From contig NZ_CP065936.1 in assembly GCF_003367075.2 (NCBI RefSeq), positions 1,890,001 to 1,922,000 on the forward strand: a DNA stretch of 32,000 bases, in the 5' to 3' direction. The notes beneath the pieces are model-generated. The model was not told where the DNA came from. It saw only the letters and a program-made list of their open reading frames with translations, and made no database searches. Below, in pieces: positions 16,451-24,275 of this stretch. The DNA is from Cylindrospermopsis raciborskii Cr2010 (lineage in GTDB: Bacteria; Cyanobacteriota; Cyanobacteriia; Cyanobacteriales; Nostocaceae). The position numbers were made by a program, and so were the translations under genes. Position 1 is the stretch's first letter. Each line of letters begins with the position of its first letter.

Positions 16451-18586
16451 CTACTGATATAGCTTACTAATCCCATCCGCCATTAACTTAATTTGTTCCC
16501 GAATCTCCAATGGTTGTACAACCTTAACTTTATCTCCAAAACCAATAATCCAACGTCTGAGGTCTATATCCTCAATACTCCAACAGGGTAAAGTCAGTTG
16601 GCAACAATAAGGATACTTAGAATCTTCTGTTAGTGGTAAAACAAATATCGTCTCCCCTTGTGAAATTCTTTTTCCTGATCGCTTTGAGAATTTAATTTTA
16701 TTATGAGGTAATCGTTTAGTTCTTTCACTCAGAAAATTAAAAATGCTTTCTTCACACCATATTTCTACTGTAATTTCTACAGAAGAACGTTGTTTAGTAT
16801 TTAAATACTTTTGCTGTTCGTCAACGCTATTACCTAAAAATAAACTATAGCTAGATTGGTATAATTTTTCTAATTTAGATAAAGCTGCTTTCTGTTCTTT
16901 TTTGTCGCGTTTTGTTGGTAAATACTCATTAATAGAAAAGCGATCTAATCGCTCAAATCTAAATAATTTATCAGCTTTTCCACCTTTGGTTTCGTAGCCT
17001 AAATACCAGCCTATTTTTGAAAATACAATTTGTAAAGGCCAGACTTGGAATAGTTGGTTAGGATAGGGATCATTAAGATGACGTCCTGTATTTGCAAAGC
17101 GGATAAGTTCTAATAATTGACCTGATAAAATAGCTTCGGTAAGTTGATCTAGTTTCTTGTAAGCTGCGTTGTCTGACAATTTTTCCAGATCAATACCGGG
17201 ACTATCAGCGATCGCTCTCACTCGGTAATCATCAGTATAGTCCTCAGAATCGGTTTGAGTAGAATCCTGAGACTCTGATTCACCAGGCTCTTTACAATCT
17301 GCTTTTTTGTTCTTCTGAGGACGCAATATTTGACTTAATTCTAACTTTTTCTCAATCCCTTCATAAATAGATAAAGAAATAGGATCATCTAAATCTTTAG
17401 CATGAGAACGAAGCACTTTATAAACCTGTACCAGTTCATGTTTATTTAAAATTGCATTGCCAACAAAATAAGCACGTTTCATAATATCCTTAGGTAATAT
17501 TTTATAGGGGTGTAAAACTCTTTGAATATCTTTACGTAGTGTGTCTTGACTAAAACCAACAATATATTTTTTCAAGCTTTCAAAAAATATCTCTTGAACT
17601 GTTTTATCCTCGTCTTCCTCATGGCGAAAACAAGGGAAGTGTACCAAACAGCGAATAATTGTTATTAATCGTAAAAAAGCATCACTATCAGAATAGGTAT
17701 GTGCCTCAAATTTATCAATATTTCCTGTATATTCACCAACCAAAATTTCTGATGTTAACCCTTGTTCATTAAGAATTCCATTTTTTTCTAACCATTGCAA
17801 ATCATTAGCTAAAGCTTTGGGTTCAGCATAAATAGAATGATATTTACGCGACATTAATGCAGATATTTCATCTAAAGAATCTGTTATAGGTTGAACATTA
17901 CCAACTAACTCCTTTTGTAAAAGATCAGGATTAATTTCATGAAGTAAACCTAAGCCAGGGAATTTAATAATTAACGAAATCAAATACATCAATCGTTCAA
18001 AATCAATTAAACCAGAATACTGATGTAAAGTTTTCTTCTGGCTACAATTACGACGATTAATAATAGAACGAGGTAAACTTTTAATCTGTTTTGCAACTAG
18101 AGAAAAGTCATATTTGCCATTTACCATTGGCACAACATTTACTTTAGCAAAACCCTCAGCTTCAATAGGTTCAAAGTTTATTAACTGCTTTTCAAAACTC
18201 TCAATGATACTTTTACCAACTTGCCGTTGTCGCTGTTCATTTCTGCGGTAACATTCCTCCAAAAGCGTTTTCAAATACCAACCCATCCAAGTTTCTGCAC
18301 CTACAACTGCAAACTTTTGCAATATATCCATGCGTTGCGATCGCTTAAAATTTGTAGCATCATAAATTACAGAACGACCAGAAGCAACAGCAACTTTAAC
18401 CCTATTCAATACCTCCTGTTCAATTAAATTCCAATCACCTTGTATACTTTCATCACCAAACAACTCCCCCCGAATTGTATCTGTAGAGATTATTACACAA
18501 TTAGGATCATATTCCACCCACTGACGAGCAAAGGTTGACTTTCCGGAACCAGGAAGACCGATAAGACAATGACAAATTGGAGACAT
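16451..18586 (-). CDS. P-loop kinase (polynucleotide-kinase/AAA_33-like) fused to wHTH-like repeats, a WYL domain and a C-terminal extension
   Basis: 711 aa. N-terminal Walker A LIGLPGSGKST, then IYDATN and the Arg-rich lid RRNEQRQRQV. The middle has wHTH-like segments (DFERLMYLISLIIKFPGLG ... DLQWLEKNGIL; FLRLITIIRCLVHFP ... TLRKDIQRVL), followed by an acidic linker. The WYL core is PLQIVFSKIGWYLGYETKGGKADKLFRFERLDRFS. Confidence 0.7.
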   Translation of the reverse strand: MSPICHCLIGLPGSGKSTFARQWVEYDPNCVIISTDTIRGELFGDESIQGDWNLIEQEVLNRVKVAVASGRSVIYDATNFKRSQRMDILQKFAVVGAETWMGWYLKTLLEECYRRNEQRQRQVGKSIIESFEKQLINFEPIEAEGFAKVNVVPMVNGKYDFSLVAKQIKSLPRSIINRRNCSQKKTLHQYSGLIDFERLMYLISLIIKFPGLGLLHEINPDLLQKELVGNVQPITDSLDEISALMSRKYHSIYAEPKALANDLQWLEKNGILNEQGLTSEILVGEYTGNIDKFEAHTYSDSDAFLRLITIIRCLVHFPCFRHEEDEDKTVQEIFFESLKKYIVGFSQDTLRKDIQRVLHPYKILPKDIMKRAYFVGNAILNKHELVQVYKVLRSHAKDLDDPISLSIYEGIEKKLELSQILRPQKNKKADCKEPGESESQDSTQTDSEDYTDDYRVRAIADSPGIDLEKLSDNAAYKKLDQLTEAILSGQLLELIRFANTGRHLNDPYPNQLFQVWPLQIVFSKIGWYLGYETKGGKADKLFRFERLDRFSINEYLPTKRDKKEQKAALSKLEKLYQSSYSLFLGNSVDEQQKYLNTKQRSSVEITVEIWCEESIFNFLSERTKRLPHNKIKFSKRSGKRISQGETIFVLPLTEDSKYPYCCQLTLPCWSIEDIDLRRWIIGFGDKVKVVQPLEIREQIKLMADGISKLYQ

Positions 18587-18743
18587 AAAAGAAATGATTA
18601 AAAATCAATAAATATATATTAGGCTAAATCACTAATTCTTAATAATACTTAACGCGAATCACGAAAAATACCTTGAAGATTCCCAAATTTTCATTACCTA
18701 AAATTACCAATTACAACAAATCTATAACTAATCGTTACAACTT

Positions 18744-19037
18744 TTAATTTTGTTGTTCGCGTCAAATTAACACTGCTTAGGTACTTTGATGTTATAAGGA
18801 ATTCAAACTAGACGCTAACGTTTGTGGGAAAGCTGAAAACCCCTCTCCTGTCTGGATAGCGGATTTAGGTAAATATCAAGTAGTACCAGTGTTTGGTCTT
18901 ACTGACAACAACAACCCAAGACATAAATTTGTACAAACATTGCGTAATGGTACATCCACACAAGAATTTGCTGAAATTTTCCCCCTCCCCTAGCTTTCTG
19001 TTGTTCGCGCCAAGAGGATTTAATTTTGACGGTCGCG
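18744..19037. promoter_or_regulatory. Three copies of a TTAATTTTG-N3-(T/G)TCGCG / TGTTGTTCGCG motif in the divergent kinase-WYL / CARF intergenic region (candidate operators)
   Basis: 18744..18761 is TTAATTTTGTTGTTCGCG. 18999..19013 is TGTTGTTCGCGCCAA, whose 11-mer is identical to 18751..18761. 19020..19037 is TTAATTTTGACGGTCGCG, matching copy 1 at 15/18. Function is not shown. Confidence 0.3.
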
Positions 19038-19154
19038 TGAAGAATTAGACAAGTAGGCTAGGGGTAGCCATAATTATAACTATCAACCCAAGAAAAGATT
19101 GATTGCACAGTACACGATTGCAGAATTTATCAAAGTTATCATAAGGAGTCTATT

Positions 19155-20093
19155 ATGGAAAATCGTTTATTTGTTTTCTCACCCTGTGGCACAAGTTTGT
19201 TGACTAATCAAGCAGCTCAAGAAGAAAGAGCTTTAGTCACTAAATATGCTAATGCAAAACACATTGAAGAAATACCCCCAGAAGATAGCCTGAAACTGCG
19301 ATCGCTTGCCAAGAGAGTAGAAGAAAAACTAGCATCTGCTGATCTTGAGTTAGCAGGTAAGATGTCAGCGGAGCTAAATGGCATTATTAAACTTTATAAT
19401 GGTAAGTTAGAGAAAAAAGCAGACATTCACTATTTGCTTTGTACTGACACCTGGTTAGGGGAACAGACAGCAACCTTAGTAGAACAATGGTTAAGAGAAA
19501 AAGGTTTTATAGTTGATAAAAACCGACAGAAGGATCTGCAAACAAAAGATATTGAGTCCTTTCAAGTTGCCTTATCAGATATAGTAGAGTTTTTTGAAAA
19601 AACCATACCTGGTTATAGAGATTCTCAACATAAGATTATATTTAACTTAACTGGAGGATTCAAGAGTGTGCAGGGATTTTTACAAACCCTAGCCACATTT
19701 TATGCAGATGAGACAATTTATATATTTGAAACAGCCAAAGACCTGTTGTGCATACCAAGATTGCCAGTGAAAATGGTAGTAGAAGACAGCGTACGCGACC
19801 ATCTTCAAGTTTTTCGTAGACTAGCAAATGAAATGAAAACTGCTGACGTTAGTGGTGTACCAGAAACCCTATTAATGCGGATAGGAGATGAAGTTTCTTT
19901 ATCTCCCTGGGGAGATTTAGTGTGGGGAAGAACAAAGAAAGAGATTTATGGGGAGAGATTGCATCCTTCACCCAGTGAAAAGGTAAGTTATGGACCTAAG
20001 TTTGAGAATAGTCTGAGGGGAATATCAGCAGATAGATTAGTATTAATTAACGAAAGAATAGACCAGTTAGCAAAGAATTTAGGCGTTGCATAA
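19155..20093 (+). CDS. CARF-domain protein, Cas_APE2256/TIGR02619 type (CARF7 clade); 3' end truncated by IS1 insertion
   Basis: Family motifs FSPCGTSLLTN, SAELNGIIKLY, LLCTDTWLGEQTA and IIFNLTGGFKSVQGFLQ. The last four codons (GVA plus stop) lie inside the left inverted repeat of the IS, which begins at 20082. Confidence 0.75.
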   Translation: MENRLFVFSPCGTSLLTNQAAQEERALVTKYANAKHIEEIPPEDSLKLRSLAKRVEEKLASADLELAGKMSAELNGIIKLYNGKLEKKADIHYLLCTDTWLGEQTATLVEQWLREKGFIVDKNRQKDLQTKDIESFQVALSDIVEFFEKTIPGYRDSQHKIIFNLTGGFKSVQGFLQTLATFYADETIYIFETAKDLLCIPRLPVKMVVEDSVRDHLQVFRRLANEMKTADVSGVPETLLMRIGDEVSLSPWGDLVWGRTKKEIYGERLHPSPSEKVSYGPKFENSLRGISADRLVLINERIDQLAKNLGVA

Positions 20094-20837
20094 TAGAGGT
20101 ATGAATTGAGGTAATCTACTGTGCATTGTCCAAACTGCGGGTCTTCCAAAATCAGAAAGAATGGCAAACGTCGAGGTAAACAAAATCACATTTGTGTTGA
20201 TTGTGGTCGTCAATTTATCGATGTCTATAGTCCACCTAAAGGCTATTCAGAAGAAGTTAAACAAAGTTGCCTGCGCTCTTATGTTAACGGTATGGGATTT
20301 AGAGCAATTGAACGCGATAAAGGCGTTCATCATACAACTATTATTTACTGGCTAAAACAAATTGGTTCCATACTTCCAGATGCTCCACCAGTTGAGGAAA
20401 CACCCTTGGTAGGTGAGCTTGATGAGTTGGAGACCTTTGTGGGATCAAAAAAAAACAAAATATGGTTGTGGACAGCAGTAAATCACTTCCGTAAAAATAT
20501 CCTGGCTTGGGTTGTGGGAGACCACAGCTCACAAGCATTTCAACCTTTGTGGGACATCGTTAAACTCTGGCAATGCTTTTTTTATGTTACTGATGGGTGG
20601 AGGGTTTATCCGAGTTTTATTCAGCCAGAGGATCATATTGTGAGCAAAACATATATGACTAGGGTAGAGGGTGAAAATACACGTTTACGTCACTACTTAG
20701 CGCGACTACATAGAAAAACGCTATGCTATTCAAAATCTGTAGATATGCTTAGGTATTCAATTAAATTATTACTTCACTATTTAAAGTATGAAGTAATACC
20801 CGCGTTTAGTTGATTCATCCCGCAAATATGCAACGCC
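20082..20837 (+). mobile_element. IS1-family insertion sequence, 756 bp, apparently intact
   Basis: Imperfect terminal inverted repeats: GGCGTTGCATAATAGAGGTATGAAT (20082..) versus the reverse complement of the right end, GGCGTTGCATATTTGCGGGATGAAT (..20837). The first 11 nt are identical. One transposase ORF fills the element. No clean target-site duplication could be identified. Confidence 0.85.
20121..20813 (+). CDS. IS1-family transposase (single fused ORF, N-terminal zinc finger + HTH + DDE)
   Basis: MHCPNCGSSKIRKNGKRRGKQNHICVDCGRQF provides the zinc finger. DDE-region blocks are IWLWTAVNHFRKNILAWVVGDHS, YVTDGWRVY and EGENTRLRHYLARLHRKT. Confidence 0.9.
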   Translation: MHCPNCGSSKIRKNGKRRGKQNHICVDCGRQFIDVYSPPKGYSEEVKQSCLRSYVNGMGFRAIERDKGVHHTTIIYWLKQIGSILPDAPPVEETPLVGELDELETFVGSKKNKIWLWTAVNHFRKNILAWVVGDHSSQAFQPLWDIVKLWQCFFYVTDGWRVYPSFIQPEDHIVSKTYMTRVEGENTRLRHYLARLHRKTLCYSKSVDMLRYSIKLLLHYLKYEVIPAFS

Positions 20838-20849
20838 CTCTCAAATTCT

Positions 20850-22440
20850 ACTCCGTAGGTGGAACAATGCAGTAGAAAATCATCAACAATTAAATCCCCT
20901 ACTATTGGAGACTATCTATGCTGAAGAACAGCGAGATAGCAAGGTTAAGCTTCTCCGGTCTAAAGACACGGAGATTTCTGAAGAGTCCATAAACGAACTT
21001 TCTGAGGCTGGCTTAAACAGCCTCTACTGATTCCGCTAAGATCAATTCCTAGCATCACCGCTACTTTTTTCAAAATATTAGCAGCACCATTACAGTCCGC
21101 ATTAATTTTGAACCCATCAGAAGTTTGATATACTCCGCGACTAACTCCTTTCCCGCTTGCTTCCCACCCTTCGGGTTTTTCACCGAATTTAGGTATATTG
21201 TCGCAATCAAAAAATGATGATTGAGAAGTGTATGATTCTTCTGTTTCAATAAAATCTATTCCGTATTGTTTACATAATTGAGCAATACGGTCTTTTAATC
21301 TTGCTGTGGGAATTTGCACAAACTTCTGATTGTTTTTAGACCCCAAATCAATACTATCTTTTTGTCCTTTATTCCATCCAAAAACAATAGCACCAATCTT
21401 ATTTTCAATACAGTGGTTAACGACTATTCTTGCAGCTTTGTTAACTGCATCACGCATTTGTCGGTTTCTTTTTTCGGTAATAGCAGCTAATCTGTTAGAC
21501 CAAAAACCTTGCGGTTTATCACTTTTAAGTTTAGCTACTGATTTGTTGTACCACTGATTTAAACTTTTTAAATGAAGTCCATCAACAATAAATGATGTTC
21601 CCAGATTAGAAACACAAGTTAACCAGTTATTTAACCCGTGGTCAATCCCTAAAACATTATTTCTATCAACATCAGATTTTATTTCAGCTACCTGATAGAC
21701 AAATTATGCATAAAATTGTCTATTTCTAGGTAAAATCCGTACTTCTCTGATTGATTTGAAGTCAAGGTTAGATGGCATTGGTAGACAAAAAGAATCTATC
21801 CCAAACCATGCCTTAACTTTTGTTCCCAAAGGAAACCTAATCATCCCATCAATTAACTTTAATGACCTGCCCGTAAAAGTAGCTACAGTCATAACACTTT
21901 TACAGTAATTAGGTAATTTTGGTTTTTGGGAAACTTCGCCCTTTTTTGCAGCTTTTACTAGCCCAATGTACGATTTAAAGGATTCAGCTACACTGGTTAG
22001 TATTTGTTGAGAAGTATCAGAATACAATGCCTGATAACGAACGTTTTTCTGATAAGTTCCTAGTTGTTTATGCAAATCTGCTCTACTAGGAATATAACCC
22101 GTTTTAAAGTACATCTGCCTAGAATAGTAAACGCCACAATTTGTCAGCTTTTTAGCTTCTGTGCAGACGTACTCCAGTATCGCTGTTATTGATTTATCGG
22201 ACTTGATAAGAACTTGTTGGCATCCGTACATTGTTCGACCTTCAATGTTTGTTGATTTCAAAAGTATAGTTGAGATATGATTTACTTGTCAATAGCAGCC
22301 ACGAAACAACATGAAGACAGCACTGGAATATTGAAGATCCGCATCACGGTTAAATATCAAGGCGAATAAATTCGCCGTTGGCACTTCCTGTCTAAAGCCA
22401 AGTGGCTTCCGTGCCGGCGATTTTCTTGTGAGGCTAAGAG
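20850..22440 (-). mobile_element. IS200/IS605-family element carrying only tnpB (IS1341-like); ends approximate
   Basis: A tnpB body, plus subterminal hairpins upstream of tnpB (GGCGAAT-AA-ATTCGCC around 22361..22376; AAGCCA-AG-TGGCTT around 22395..22408). No tnpA. The left boundary abuts the IS1 element. Exact ends are not determinable by eye. Confidence 0.45.
20960..22261 (-). pseudogene. tnpB: tnpB (IS605 OrfB / RuvC-like RNA-guided nuclease family) interrupted by one in-frame TAA
   Basis: Track ORFs 21704..22261 and 20960..21457 are in the same frame (22261-21457=804, a multiple of 3). My read-through of 21457..21704 gives ...ILPRNRQFYA*FVYQVAEIKSDVDRNNVLGIDHGLNNWLTCVS...KRNRQMRDAV.... 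The only stop is the TAA at 21706..21704, where relatives, as I recall them, usually have Glu (GAA). RuvC motifs LGIDHG, IETEESYTSQ and INADCNGAANI are present. The likely start is MYGCQQV (22231). Confidence 0.8.
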
Positions 22441-22613
22441 AGATATTGAGTTCAGTTCTACCAGAAACGCTAGAGTTGCTACATTCTGGTGAAAAGTTAG
22501 TAGAGATCAGTGGGATGGCATAACAACCCCAATGCAGCAGTTGACGACTTTTATAGACATTGAGGTCGAGTGTTAGGGCAGGAATACACCTCTACAAATG
22601 GAACATTTACTTT

Positions 22614-24167
22614 TCAAGTGTATAAGCAAGTGGATTCATAGTTCTCTAATTCCCTAACTATCTCCTCGTGGACTTGATACATAATACTTGCATCTTCCAG
22701 AGAATTAAATTTCTCATCTGTAATGAAGTTTAAACAGCATAGAACTCTTTTCTCCCAATGATCTTTTGTTGTTTTTTTCCAAGCCTTGAAGACTTCTTCT
22801 TCAGATAATCCAAGTATGTTGTGAAATATTTTATTTCTTTCGGTTTTTGTAACTTCGTAAAATTTTTTCATATCGTCATTCTTATTTATTTCTAATTCTT
22901 TGATTATCTTGAATAAATCTTTCCACCGATCAACTTTAAGTGTATTTGATCGATTAAAAAATTTATTGTTAACTTTTTCTTGAAGACTACGTTCCAATTC
23001 ATTGATCATCGTTTCACAAATTGCTTTATTAGCATAATCGTCTTTGTTGGTAATGTGCTGATGATATTTGTCTTCAATCCAGTTAATGATTAATCCTTCC
23101 ACAGATCTGAAACTGTGAAATAGTGCTTCCACACTGTTTCCTTGCTCTATTCTTACCACAGCTAAATAGGCAGCTTCATATGCTGGCCACCAGTAATATT
23201 TCAATCGCTCTTCTGCTGTTTTCTCAAACTTTGGTAGCTTTTTTAATTCCTCAATAAAACCTTCGGCTTTAGAAGTATTTGATTTAACTTTGAATTCAGA
23301 AGTATTCCACTTAATAGCTGCATTTAATAAATTTTTAATGTTATCCATTTTCTCATCCTGGTTATTAGGATCGTCTAATAAATCATCTTTTAACAAATCC
23401 AGGACACCTGAATAATCAAAACGTTTCAGTAAGATTTTTGCCTCTTGCAGTTTAAGTCCCCGCAAATAATTGGAAGTATTTATGATTTTTGTACTTTCAC
23501 TTTTGTATTCATTGGAAACCAAAAATTTCACTTTTTTACCGAATCTTGATAAGCTGAGAAATTGAATTGCAGATGAAATAGCAGGTGTACCAGCTTGATG
23601 ACTTACATATATATTATTCAAATCTTGATCTTTCATTAGTCCGAGTATACTTGAAGAATTAAATAGTTCTTTCATGATCAGCTTGGGCACTTGATCCCAG
23701 CTATCTAAACTTTCTGATTCTGATTTTGGTTGAATTGTGACATAATTAATCTCTGACTGAGGAAATTTACTTTTCAAATATTTCTCGATTATTGGTTTCA
23801 AAGTACAAGTATCTTTCCAGTATGGGCTATCTAAACCAGGATCGCCGTCCTCGCAATTCTCCCTAATAAATCTCTGATCTGTCAAAATAACAATTATTTG
23901 ATTAATATCCTTTTTTTCTTGTTCTAATTTTTGAGAAAAATTATCCAGTAATGGAAAACATAGGTGTTCATGTATGGAATAACCTAATTTTTCGCCAATA
24001 GCCATTCCCATAGCTCTTGCTGGAACTAAAAACATATCTTTTTCTTTATCTTCTTCCCCAAATTCATGAGGAAGTTTTTTGGATAGTTCATTCCATCGAC
24101 ATATTCCAGAAATTTTGAGTTGAACATCACTGTTACCGGTTGTCAAGATCCAAATATTACTACTCAT
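22614..24167 (-). CDS. CARF-like N-terminal domain fused to a HEPN RNase domain (Csx1/Csm6-like cOA effector), appended to cassette B
   Basis: 517 aa. The Rossmann-like N-terminal part has IWILTTGNSDVQL, CFPLLDNF, QIIVILTDQ and NIYVSHQAGTPAISSAIQ. The helical C-terminal part carries an R-x4-H HEPN motif in KTERNKIFHNILG. It lies 108 nt downstream of cmr6/1 B on the same strand. Confidence 0.65.
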   Translation of the reverse strand: MSSNIWILTTGNSDVQLKISGICRWNELSKKLPHEFGEEDKEKDMFLVPARAMGMAIGEKLGYSIHEHLCFPLLDNFSQKLEQEKKDINQIIVILTDQRFIRENCEDGDPGLDSPYWKDTCTLKPIIEKYLKSKFPQSEINYVTIQPKSESESLDSWDQVPKLIMKELFNSSSILGLMKDQDLNNIYVSHQAGTPAISSAIQFLSLSRFGKKVKFLVSNEYKSESTKIINTSNYLRGLKLQEAKILLKRFDYSGVLDLLKDDLLDDPNNQDEKMDNIKNLLNAAIKWNTSEFKVKSNTSKAEGFIEELKKLPKFEKTAEERLKYYWWPAYEAAYLAVVRIEQGNSVEALFHSFRSVEGLIINWIEDKYHQHITNKDDYANKAICETMINELERSLQEKVNNKFFNRSNTLKVDRWKDLFKIIKELEINKNDDMKKFYEVTKTERNKIFHNILGLSEEEVFKAWKKTTKDHWEKRVLCCLNFITDEKFNSLEDASIMYQVHEEIVRELENYESTCLYT

Positions 24168-24275
24168 AAGCTTCAGTCCTCTCCTATTCTGTATTCCAAC
24201 CTGTTGTTTTTTTATCTACTGATTACCAACTGTACGTCAAAAGTAAGTAAAAAATGTCTCCCCTACTATAGCACT

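Noticed and set aside
20839-21029. An open + strand frame right after the IS1 element (SQILLRRWNNAVENHQQLNPLLLETIYAEEQRDSKVKLLRSKDTEISEESINELSEAGLNSLY), considered as the missing C-terminus of the CARF gene.
   Set aside because: It shows no RelE-like or other recognisable motifs. It is in a different frame from the CARF ORF with no identifiable target duplication to reconcile this. It also overlaps the 3' end and right-end region of the tnpB element on the other strand, so it more likely belongs to that element.
22262-22613. I searched the flanks of cassette B (also 30198..30450) for a second CRISPR array, a cas6 gene or a degenerate repeat.
   Set aside because: No copy of the repeat or any other short-period repeat is present. 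22262..22440 is explained by tnpB-element left-end hairpins, and the rest is unstructured intergenic sequence.
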